Source: Octopus bimaculoides (taxonomy: Eukaryota). From it: 64,000 bases of DNA. Positions 36,495-47,785 of this stretch are shown in pieces. The stretch lies in contig NC_068998.1 of NCBI RefSeq assembly GCF_001194135.2, forward strand, positions 31,071,996-31,135,995. Direction: 5' to 3'. A program made the translations under genes and the position numbers. The notes under the pieces are model-generated. The model searched no databases. It saw nothing but the letters and a program-made list of their open reading frames with translations, and was not told the origin of the DNA. The first letter of the stretch is position 1, and every line of letters begins with the position of its first letter.

Positions 36495-39400
36495 CTCCCA
36501 CACCCTCGGGGTTGGCACTGTCAATGTCGGGACACTGAAAGGTAGGTCTGCTTAGATTGTTGAGATGCTTGAATGGAGATGTCGATATCTGCTGCCTCCA
36601 AGAAGTAAGTGGAGAGGTGGTTCCGTTAGGTTCCTCACAGGCAAAGAACAGGTACAAGATTTTCTGGGCAGAGAACACAGACGGAGGCGGGGGTATACTT
36701 CTTGCGGAGAAATGGGTGGATAAGGTAATCGAGGTAGTCAGAGTATGCAATAGAATACTTAAGATTAGATTAGTGCTCCATCATGGGTTAGCAACCATTA
36801 TCTTGGCCTATGCCCCTCAGCCGGGGCTACCCGATGGACAGAAAGACCAATTTTATGATACTCTCTTGCAGACTACCTCGTTGACGAATGACAGGGACCT
36901 GCTCTTTGTGGCTGGTGACTTCAATGGACATGTTGGACAACATACAGGAGGCTTCCATGGCGTACATGGNNNNNNNNNNNNNNNNNNNNNNNNNNNNNNN
37001 NNNNNNNNNNNNNNNNNNNNNNNNNNNNNNNNNNNNNNNNNNNNNNNNNNNNNNNNCAATATTAACTTCAGGAAACCTGCCAGTCACCTCGTCACCTACC
37101 GTTCTGGCAGACACACTAGCCAAATTGACTACATTCTCACGAGAAAAAGGGAAAGATGGCTGCTTATAAATGCCAAAACCTTCCCAGGTGAAGAATGTAC
37201 CTCACAACATAGACTGGTAGTTAGTGATTTCAGAATCAGGGCAAAGTGGTTGCCCAGATGACGACCAGCATGGAGGAGAAGGGTCTGGAAGCTTAAAGAT
37301 CCTGCGAATGGACAGAGATTTAGAGACGTATTACTTGAAGCCTTTGACGAAATAGAAGGGAACATAGCTTTACACGATGTAGAAAACAACTGGAGGTTTC
37401 TACGGGACAACCTGCTGAGGGCCACTGACCAGATCTGTGGATGGTGCAAAGTCACCTCTTGACCCAAAATAATGTGGTGGGAGAACACTGTTGTTGACAG
37501 GGCTATTAGAGAAAAGAAACAGGCTTGGAAGGACTGGAAGAACGGTGGTAGCAGGGAATTGTATCAGACTGCCAGANNNNNNNNNNAAGAACGGTGGTAG
37601 CAGGGAATTGTATCAGACTGCCAGAAGGGAAGCTAGGAGACAGGTTTATTTAGCCAGATGGGAAGCAGATAAGAAAAAAAATTTGACAATGTTCTGCACC
37701 GTGGAGACGCCACTATGAAAGGTTGCTTAATAAAGAGGATGAATGGGAGAAAGAGAGTCTGCTGAATGTTGACCCAACAGAGAGACCAGCTCTCCAAGTT
37801 GACAGTACCATGGTAGATAAAGCAATTAAGAGTAAGAAGACAGGGAAAGCCTTTGGCCCATCAAGAATCACTGCAGAGATGCTCAAAATTTCTGGCAATG
37901 TCGGCTATAGCCTAGTCACCCATATAATTAACAAGGTGATACACGAAGGAGTCATACCTAATGACTTGTGTAGCAGCACCATAGTCAACTGCTACAAAGG
38001 TAAAGGTGACACTTTAGATACAAATAGTTACAGAGGTATCAAGTTGTTGGATCAGGTAATGAAAGTCACGGAGAGAGTCAGTTTAGATGAGATGTAGTTT
38101 GGGTTTGTGCCAGGGAAAAGCACCACCGATGCTATATTTCTGGTAAGACAGTTGCAGGAGAAATACCGAGCCAAAGATAAACCTCTGTACCTGGCTTTTG
38201 TTGACATGGAGAAAGCTTTTGACAGGGTCCCACATCCCTTATCTGGTGTTCAATGAGGAAACTAGGGATAAATGAATGGTTAGTGAGAGCTGTGTGAGCC
38301 ATATACAGGGACGCTGTAGTAAGATGAGGGTTAGCAACGAGTACAGTGAAGAATTCCGGGTAGAGGTTGGGGTCCACTAAGGTTCAGTCCTCAGTCCCTT
38401 CCTATTTATCATAGTTTTCCAGTCAATAACCGAGGAATTCAAGACAGGATGCCCCTGAGAGATCCTCTATGCTGATGACCTTGCTCTAATTGCTGAGTCA
38501 CTATCAGAACTAGAGGAGAAGTTTCATGTATGGAAGCAAGGATTAGAATCGAAGGGTCTTAAAGTCAATCTAGCTAAAACCAAAGTCCAAATAAGAAAGG
38601 TAGGCAAACCACAAACCCCTTCAGGTAGATGTTTCTGCTCGATTTGTAGAAAAGGCGTCGGTAGAAACTCTATAAGATGTACCCAGTGTAAGCTATGGAC
38701 ACACAAGAGGTGCAGAAATATTAAAGGAAGGCTAACTAGGAAGTTAGTTTTTGTATGTGGCAGATGTTCAGGAGCAATAATTACTGAAAATGTGCAGAGA
38801 ACAACTTCTGCCACATTTCAGGGAGGAAAACTAGAAGTAGTTGATAGCTTCCGTTACCTAGGTGACCAAGTCAGTAGTGGGGGAGGGTGTGCTGAATATG
38901 GAGCTGCTAGAATAAGAATAGCCTGGGTAAAGTTCAGAGAGCTCTTACCTCTGCTGGTGACAAAGGGCCTCTCCCTCAGAGTAAAAGGCAGACTGTATGA
39001 CGCATGTGTACGAACAGCCATGCTACATGGCAGTGAAACATGGGCCGTGACTGCTGATGACATGCGTAAGCTTGCAAGGAATGAAGCCAGTATGCTCCGA
39101 TGGATGTGTAATGTCAGTGTGCATACCCGACAGAGTGTAAGTACCTTGAGAGAAAAGTTGAACCTAAGAAGCATCACTTGTGGTGTGCAAGAGAGACAAC
39201 TGCGTTAGTATGGTCATGTGGTGAGAATGGATGAGGATAGCTGTGTGAAAAAGTGCCACACCCTGGCAGTTGAGGGAACCCGTGGAAGAGGTAGACCCAA
39301 GAAGACCTGGGATGAGGTGGTGAAGCACGACCTCTGAACATTGGGCCTCACTGAGGCAATGACTTGTGACCGAGACCTTTGGAAATAAGCTGTGCATGAG

Positions 39401-40070
39401 AAGACCCGGCAAGCCAAGTGAGACCAAAATCCAAGGCCTCTGCCAGGGGTGTAGCCAGCCCACTTATGTGTATATCTTTATTGGACACTAAAACTCTGCT
39501 TGCGATGACCTGTTGAGGCAAGTGAAATCGAAATCGAACCAAACTCGACGACTGTCACCTATGCCAACCTTTCCTTCATTGGACACTAAACTCAGCTTGC
39601 GAAAACCTGTTGGGGCAAGTGAAATCGAAATTGAACTAAATTCGATGACTGGCACCCGTGCCAGTGGAGTGCTAACAGCACCATCCGAGTGTGATCATTG
39701 CCAGAGCAGCTGTCTGACTCCCATGCTGGTGGCACATGGAACGCACCATTTGAATGTGATCGTTACCTGCATTGCCTTCGAGTGAGGTCATTGCCAGTGC
39801 CGCTGGACTGGCTCTTGTGCAGGTGGCATGTAAAATACACCATTTGAGTGTGGCTGTTGCCAGTACTGCCTGACTACCCCTCGTGCCCATGGCACGTAAA
39901 AGCACCCACTACACTCTCGGAGTGGTTGGCGTTTGGAAGGGCATCCAGCTGTAGAAACTCTGCCAGATCAGATTGGAGCCTGGTGCAGCTATCTCATTCG
40001 CCAGTCCTCAGTCAAATCGTCCAACCCATGCTAGAATGGAGAGCGGACATTAAACGATGATCATGATGAT
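36495..40070 (+). mobile_element. Near full-length RTE LINE (APE + RT), frameshifted
   Basis: APE motifs GTVNVGTL, CLQE, GDFNGH, QIDYIL, QHRLVV; RT LYADDL at ~38465; stop ~39421; ~650-bp repetitive 3' UTR; (GAT)-like tail. Confidence 0.93.
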
Positions 40071-40413
40071 ACATGAGACGTCTGTATGAGATTGATCATG
40101 TATATAGTTCTACCAATTACATTTTTCTGAATCTTCATATTTTTCAGTTTGCTAGGCCACTGGTTTTAAATTGATATTAATCAAATTAATATTCAATTTT
40201 TCACCCTTATTATTTAAATTTAAATAGCTATGTTCTCTAACTGGCAAAATTCACTGCAGAAAATTATTTTCTGCAGAATTATTTCCGGTATTTGACATGC
40301 CAAAAGAAAGACTTTTGAAACATAACCCCAAATGTAATTGGTAGAACTATATACATATTCAATCTTATGCAGACGTCTCATGTATAGTTCTGCAAATTAT
40401 GTTGCAAAGGATG

Positions 40414-40485
40414 ATCATACTGAAGAGTTGCAGACAATTATGTAAGTAATTATGTAAGTAGTTGACAACGAAACCGGTCTATGAT
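40414..40485 (+). ncRNA. Canonical type I hammerhead ribozyme
   Basis: ATCATA-CTGAAGA-GTTG(35)CAAC-GAAA-CCGGT-C-TATGAT; predicted cleavage after C40479; 12-bp tandem duplication in loop II. Confidence 0.88.
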
Positions 40486-40646
40486 TAATTCTTTATATTC
40501 TGTATCTTTTCATTTGTCTTGCTCGCTTATGTTCCAGTGTTTGCTGAATTTTCTTGAGAACAATCTTTCCTTAGTGGTCAGACCGTAGGTGGTCTTCTCC
40601 TAGCAAAAGGGATGTCCACTTGGTGGTCATCCTTCTTATATGTATG

Positions 40647-40684
<38 letters not shown>

Positions 40685-40739
40685 GTTAAAGAAGAAGGCT
40701 AACATTAAGGCAAGGCAAACATCTCAAGTCGTATACAAT

Positions 40740-42677
40740 ATTATTATTGGAAAAATTTCAGTCTTACAGCTATTTCTGGGATATCCCCGAGTGTGGGATA
40801 TTCTGTCATTAGAGACAAATAGGGAAAAAAATAGGGAAAATGAGAATGGTATACATTAATGAGATGACGACATAGAGGAAGGGAGTAAAAGAATAAGTAG
40901 ATGGAAAGAAAGAAGAAAAAAGAAACACAAAGTTCATAGTTCAACTTTCTGACGTTATAGAAACAAGGGCATGAGTCCTTGGGTGCAATCCTGCACAGAT
41001 CCATGTGGGTTAAAATCCTGATATAGTAGACATTCTGAGAAAAAAGACGCGAACATGTCAACGTTCAATAACATTTATATCATCCTCATTTTTTCCCTAT
41101 TTTTTCCTTGATGACAGAATATCCCATACTTGGGGATATCCCAGAAACAGTTGGAATAAACAATTGTGGTGAGTTGTGGGTTAAAATTTTGAGGGCTCTC
41201 TTTTAAGTAGAGTTCACAACTGGAGTGTTGGCCCTGATGATACCCAAGTCTATTATAGCCCAGGAAAGTTTATATTGTATTTTTCTATTAATTAGATGGT
41301 GTACGTGGCTGGCTGGTGATGTGGAATTGCTATTCTCTTTATATTTAAACGAGTTTAAATGTGCATAATACCTTTGTTTAAAATCGGTGCTAGAACCAAT
41401 GTAGTAGCTACAGGAGTTATTTACTAGGTTGTGAATGGGGCATTGGTATACGATGTTGAATCTTCTGCATTGGGCTTGCAGTGGACAATCTGTCCCACAT
41501 CTGTAGTTGCAGTTATTAAGTTCTATGATGGTTAATTGGAGAGAGGGATGAGGTAGTGCTGGTAGTGGCTAGGGTGGTATAAGGTGAATCGATCGTGATA
41601 TTGCTGTCATTTCTAGTATCGATATCAACACCAGCATTACCATTATTATTATTATCATCATTACTGGCATCACTGTTGTAATTGTTATCATTATTATTAT
41701 TATTAGAAGTAGTAGGTTGTAGTATTAGTAGTATTATTATTATTAGTAGAAGTTTTAGTAGCAGTAGTATCATTGGTAGTAGTGTTAGTATTAGTGGTGG
41801 TAGAGAAGGAGGTATTAGTGATGTTATTATTGTGGCTATTAATAGTTGCATTTGTGGTAGGAGTGTTAGTAATAGTACTATTTTCAGTAATGGTAATATA
41901 GCTGTTGGTGTTAGTATTAATAGTATTGCTAGTCCTATTAGTCGTTGAAGTATATGTATTATTAGTTGTAGTGGTTATAATATAATTAGTATTGTTGGTA
42001 TCAATGTGCCTACGAACAGTAATACTAACTTTAGACCTTCCAACTCTCCTCTAACATTAACTAGGAATTATATCTTCCCTTACTTGCCTAATAGATATGT
42101 CAGGAGATCTGTTCTCTGGTATACACTTCCATTCACTTTAAATGTTAAGGGCCTCACTAAAGCATTCTTTGAAATAATAGAATTCCATTTCCCACGTAAC
42201 CATAAGTACCATTCTATCTTTAACTTTGAAATCGACTTTGAAATTATCCTGTTCATCTACACCAAATACAGAATCTATTATCACCTCATCTAATAAACAT
42301 AAACTTAGCTCTTACTGTCTAAATACATACAACCCTACCACAGACCTACACAATGAAAACACTAACACCGATTGCAATAATATATCTAATACCCCTGGTC
42401 CGACCACTTTAAACAACTTAAACATACGTAATATAATCCTCACCTCTGAGGGTAATGTTCTCACACCCAAAACTGACACAAACACTAATAGGCACACCGA
42501 TACAAACAATACTAATTGTATTATAACCACTACAATTAATGATACATATACTTCAACTACTAATAGGACTAGCAATAATATTAATACTAACACCAACAGC
42601 TATATTATCATTACTGAAAATAGTACTATTACTAACACTCCTACCACAAACAACTATTAATAGCCACAATAATAACA
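40740..42677. mobile_element. Rearranged Naiad-like Penelope element (GIY-YIG on -, RT C-terminal part on +), with decayed hammerhead pair
   Basis: Minus strand NCNYRCGTDCPLQAQC..NIVYQC..YYIGSSTDFKQRYYAHLNSF (41200-41520); plus strand RRSVLWYTLPFTLNVK..HFPRNHKYHSIFN (42100-42260); hammerhead-like 40761-40816 (-, CUAAUGA) and 41108-41154 (+, UUGAUGA). Confidence 0.75.
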
Positions 42678-42750
42678 CTTTTTGTTTTCATGCGTGCTCT
42701 TGCTCCAGGAGTAAGTGGAGCAAGAACACACACGAAAACGAAAAGTGTTA
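42673..42750. repeat. 78-bp hairpin with 35-bp arms
   Basis: TAACACTTTTTGTTTTCATGCGTGCTCTTGCTCCA / TGGAGCAAGAACACACACGAAAACGAAAAGTGTTA; 8-nt loop. Confidence 0.75.
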
Positions 42751-43968
42751 CTGTAAATATCACAGATGTTGGAGGATATAAGAACAGTAATAAATGAGTG
42801 AAGAAAAAACATGTAGTGCATATGTTTATTTGTCCTCAAAAAAAAAAAAAAAAATGACCATTCCAAAATACAACAATATCTGTTTCAACACACAATTTCA
42901 CCTCAAGGATCTTGCAAAATAAATTGATGTATGTATATATATNNNNNNNNNNNNNNNNNNNNNNNNNNNNNNNNNNNNNNNNNNNNNNNNNNNNNNNNNN
43001 NNNNNNNNNNNNNNNNNNNNNNNNNNNNNNNNNNNNNNNNNNNNNNNNNNNNNNNNNNNNNNNNNNNNNNNNNNNNNNNNNNNNNNNNNNNNNNNNNNNN
43101 NNNNNNNNNNNNNNNNNNNNNNNNNNNNNNNNNNNNNNNNNNNNNNNNNNNNNNNNNNNNNNNNNNNNNNNNNNNNNNNNNNNNNNNNNNNNNNNNNNNN
43201 NNNNNNNNNNNNNNNNNNNNNNNNNNNNNNNNNNNNNNNNNNNNNNNNNNNNNNNNNNNNNNNNNNNNNNNNNNNNNNNNNNNNNNNNNNNNNNNNNNNN
43301 NNNNNNNNNNNNNNNNNNNNNNNNNNNNNNNNNNNNNNNNNNNNNNNNNNNNNNNNNGTATATTTTATTTATATTATATGGTTGAAAACCGCACATCCAT
43401 TTCCAAGTAAATTTATCTTAATAATTTTGATGTGACTCTCCTCTGTACTGTTCTCTCTCTCTCTCTCTCTCTCTCCCCTTTCGTTTTTCTCTCTTCCTTT
43501 CTCTAATTTTTTTCCCTTCTCTCTATTTTTTTTTTTCCCTCTCATCCTTTCTCTAATTCTTTTTTTCTCCCTTCACCATTTTCTATCTGTCCTCTTCTCC
43601 CTCCTCCTTTACTCTCTCATTGCTCACATGTGACCATCGTTCATCTTTTTTTTTCACAGGGTTCATCTTTCTTTTCTTCCGGTCTGTTGCGCAGACTGGA
43701 CGTATTCTTGTCTGTATCCTCTCCTATCTTTTCTCCTGTCAAAGAATGTTCCTTAGTGTTCACCACCTTACCCCGTCTGGCTTAGCAGCCCTCACTATTT
43801 GTTTCACTGTCCTGTTTTTGTTACCAACTTTGACCCTCCATAAAATCCCAAATTTTATTTTGGTTTGTGGGAGCAACTGTTTTCTCAAAGGCACATATTG
43901 TCGTGAATTGCTCAAAATGTGGAGCAGATAAATTGCTAACAACTGATGAAGGATTGTTCATTATGTTA

Positions 43969-46185
43969 CGTGACTGCTGAGGACATGCGTAGGCTCGCAA
44001 GGAATGAAGCCAGTATGCTCCGATGGATGTGTAATGTCAGTGTGCATACTAGACAGAGTATTAGTACCTTGAGAGAAAAGTTGAACTTATGAAGCATCAG
44101 TTGTGGTGTGCAAGAGAGACGACTGCGCTGGTATGGTCATGTAGCGAGAATGGATGAGGATAGCTGTGTGAAAAAGTGCCACACCCTAGCGGTTGAGGGA
44201 ACCTGTGGAAGAGGTAGGCCCAGGAAGACCTGGGATGAGGTGGTGAGGCACGACCTTCGAACTTTGGACCTCACCGAGGCAATGACTTCTGACCGAGACC
44301 TTTGGAAATATGNNNNNNNNNNNNNNNNNNNNNNNNNNNNNNNNNNNNNNNNNNNNNNNNNNNNNNNNNNNNNNNNNNNNNNNNNNNNNNNNNNNNNNNN
44401 NNNNNNNNNNNNNNNNNNNNNNNNNNNNNNNNNNNNNNNNNNNNNNNNNNNNNNNNNNNNNNNNNNNNNNNNNNNNNNNNNNNNNNNNNNNNNNNNNNNN
44501 NNNNNNNNNNNNNNNNNNNNNNNNNNNNNNNNNNNNNNNNNNNNNNNNNNNNNNNNNNNNNNNNNNNNNNNNNNNNNNNNNNNNNNNNNNNNNNNNNNNN
44601 NNNNNNNNNNNNNNNNNNNNNNNNNNNNNNNNNNNNNNNNNNNNNNNNNNNNNNNNNNNNNNNNNNNNNNNNNNNNNNNNNNNNNNNNNNNNNNNNNNNN
44701 NNNNNNNNNNNNNNNNNNNNNNNNNNNNNNNNNNNNNNNNNNNNNNNNNNNNNNNNNNNNNNNNNNNCCTTCATTGGGACACGAAACTCAGCTTGTGACG
44801 ACTTATTGGGGCAAGCGAAATCGAAATCGTGATGGCACCTGTGCCCAGCATCGCCTTTCTGGTACTTGTGCCCGCGGCATGTGTAAGGACATTCGAGCGA
44901 GATCGTTGCCAGTTCCCCTGGACTGGCTCTTGTGCAGGTGGCACATAAAATACACCATTTTGAGTGTGGCTGTTGCCAGTACCGCCTGACTGGCCTTCGT
45001 GCCGATGGCACGTAAAAGCACCCACTACACTCTCTGAGTGGTTGGCGTTTAGGAAGGGCATCCAGCCGTAGAAACTCTGCGAAATGCTGTGCGTGAGAAG
45101 ATCCGGCATGCTTAGTGAGACATAAATCTAAGGCCTCAACCAGTCCACTTATACGTACCTTCCTTCATTGGACACCAAACTCCACTTGTGAATGACCTGT
45201 TGAGGCAAGTGAAATCGAAATCGAGTTAAATTCGACGACTGGCACCCATGCCAACGTCGTCTCCTCCATTGGGACACAAAACTCAGCTTGCGAAGACTTA
45301 TTGGGGCAAGTGAAAGCGAAATTGTGATGGCACCTGTGCCCAGCGTCGCCTTTCTGGTACTTGTGCCCACGGCATGTGTAAGGACTTTCGAGCGAGATCG
45401 TTGCCAGTGCCCCTAGACTGGCTCTTGTGCGGGTGGCACATAAAATACACCATTTTGAGCGTGGCCGTTGCCAGTACCGCCTGACTGGCCTTCGTGGCGG
45501 TGGCACGTAAAAGCACCCTCTACACTCTTTGAATGGTTGGCATTAGGAAGGGCATCCACCTGTAGAAACTCTGCCAAATCAGATTGGAGCCTGGTGTAGC
45601 CATCTGGTTTCACCAGTCCTCAGTCAAATCCTCCAACCCATGCTAGCATGGAAAGCGGATGTTAAACGACGACGATGATGATGAGNNNNNNNNNNNNNNN
45701 NNNNNNNNNNNNNNNNNNNNNNNNNNNNNNNNNNNNNNNNNNNNNNNNNNNNNNNNNNNNNNNNNNNNNNGGGACACAAAACTCAGCTTGCGAAGACTTA
45801 TTGGGGCAAGTGAAAGCGAAATTGTGATGGCACCTGTGCCCAGCGTCGCCTTTCTGGTACTTGTGCCCACGGCATGTGTAAGGACTTTCGAGCGAGATCG
45901 TTGCCAGTGCCCCTAGACTGGCTCTTGTGCGGGTGGCACATAAAATACACCATTTTGAGCGTGGCCGTTGCCAGTACCGCCTGACTGGCCTTCGTGGCGG
46001 TGGCACGTAAAAGCACCCTCTACACTCTTTGAATGGTTGGCATTAGGAAGGGCATCCACCTGTAGAAACTCTGCCAAATCAGATTGGAGCCTGGTGTAGC
46101 CATCTGGTTTCACCAGTCCTCAGTCAAATCCTCCAACCCATGCTAGCATGGAAAGCGGATGTTAAACGACGACGATGATGATGAG
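43969..46185 (+). mobile_element. RTE LINE 3' portion with duplicated 3' UTR (partly assembly-duplicated)
   Basis: QERRLRWYGHVARM...GRGRPRKTW; UTR dimer junction at ~45082; 45771-46185 repeats 45271-45684 across a gap. Confidence 0.88.
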
Positions 46186-46339
46186 GAGGATATATATATA
46201 TATACACACACACACATTCATTGGTTTCTTTCATTTTAGTCCATTTTTCCATGTTTGCCCTTTCTGATACAAGCCCTTATTTCCTTTTCTAAATAAAGGA
46301 TAGCATATTTTACTGATTTCATTGATATAAAAAAATGTA

Positions 46340-46826
46340 AGCAAACACACAAAATGTGATGGTAAATCTGAGGATGACCTTAAACACATAGAAGAGGTAT
46401 TGACAAACCCAGATCAACACATCAATATACTCCTCCTGGGTGACTTTAACCTCCCAAATATTAAATGGCCTGAAGGCCACATCTTTTCTGTGATGTCACT
46501 ACATGAACAAAAGCATGTAAAGTCATAACTTGAACTTTCTCGTATGCTATTCATGGAACAAGTGATAATGAAGTCAACCAAGTGAAACAACATCTTGGAC
46601 CTCTGCTTCACAAAGAATGTGGACCTTATCCATAATGTGAAGGTGACACCAACTGCACTCTCAGACCACAACATTGTTGAACTAACAATGTTTGGTCCTA
46701 AGCGGACTGCTGGTGTCTACCCTATCAGGAGAACTCAAGCTATATCCAATTCGAATTTTAATAAAGCAGAATGGAAATCAATCCATAAAGATCTCCACAA
46801 ACAAAACTGGTTTGACATTCTATCTA
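46340..46826 (+). mobile_element. CR1/L2-like endonuclease fragment
   Basis: LLGDFNLPNIKW, DLCFT, LSDHNIV motifs. Confidence 0.75.
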
Positions 46827-47300
46827 TGGGGTTAAATCAAAAAGTTCCAGGACTAGTTATGCTTAATAAAAAATAACTTATTTACCTAAGTCTTGACGTC
46901 ATCTCCTTCAAAGTAGTCACTTTATGCAGCAATACACCAGTCCCAGCATTCCTGCTACTTTTGGAATCTGGCCTGGAAGTCATTTTCGAGGACCTTCTGC
47001 AATTCACTCTTGATCTTAACAATGGTGTTGAAATGGAGACCTTTGAGTTGCATTTTCATCTTGAGGAAGAGATGCAAGTCTGCAAGTGCTAAATCTGGTG
47101 AATAGGACAGGTAAGGAAACGATACCCTGTTGTTTTTTGCAAGAAACTCACAAATGAGGAGAGCTTGGTGATGGTGCATTGTTGTGAAGAATCCAGTTCT
47201 TCATGCTCCGCAGATCTGGTTGCTTTTGCCGAATGTCCTCCCTCAAATGTTTCTTTGTCTGTAGGGCTGCAATATTGTAGAATTCAGTTGGGTTTATCTG
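46827..47300 (-). mobile_element. mariner transposase C-terminal fragment with one terminus
   Basis: WILHNNAP, YSPDLALAD, YFEG motifs; TA-flanked end at 46825-46826. Confidence 0.8.
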
Positions 47301-47785
47301 CATGTGTCTCTTGTCTTGAAAGACCTTAGTATCCACTCTACCTGTTGGCACTTTGCTGCCATCTTGGTAATGTTTATATGAAATGATGCATCATTGTACA
47401 CACTGATCCCCAAGTCTCCCACTGCCTGTGATTCTGGGATTGCAGCACTTTTGGGTTCTGTATATGCAGACTTCAGTGCATTTGTGAACTGATAGTGCAG
47501 TGCTTGAAATTTTCTCACATTAAAGTGCATGTTGTTTAGTTCAGCACACATGTATATCGTATTCAGGTCTTGCTATAAGCTTGCTACACAATCTGAATTT
47601 TTTTATTGCCTCTGATAATTTTGTATCATTAGTGCAACTAGTGACAGTGGCTGCCTGAGTGACCATGGGCATGTCTAAGAGCTGTTATAAACAGTAATGT
47701 TCCCAAGACAGTTCCCTGGGGGATGCCACTTAAAATTGGAATTTCTTCAGAGAGGGCACTGTTGGCTTAAATTGCCTGACTTCTG
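47301..47785 (-). mobile_element. CR1/L2-like RT fragment
   Basis: SGIPQGTVLG, NDTKL, MHFNVRKF, DLGI motifs. Confidence 0.8.

Larger units (their letters stand above)
36391..40516. repeat. Inverted pair of hammerhead-bearing repeats (PLE pLTR-like foldback) interrupted by an RTE LINE
   Basis: 36391-36494 plus 40069-40126 form the reverse complement of 40331-40516. Confidence 0.85.

Noticed and set aside
37538-37625. Short direct repeat inside the RTE
   Set aside because: It flanks an N gap; assembly overlap artefact.
41516-42660. Asn/Thr/Ile-rich ORFs as standalone mucin-like genes
   Set aside because: They are alternative frames of trinucleotide-rich sequence embedded between PLE protein motifs.
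43943-43968. CTGATGAAGG hammerhead-like start
   Set aside because: No helix II partner or GAAA follows before the RTE fragment begins.
45271-46185. Identical ~415-bp tandem copy of the RTE UTR
   Set aside because: Essentially identical copies on either side of an N gap; probable assembly artefact, unlike the diverged dimer junction at 45082.
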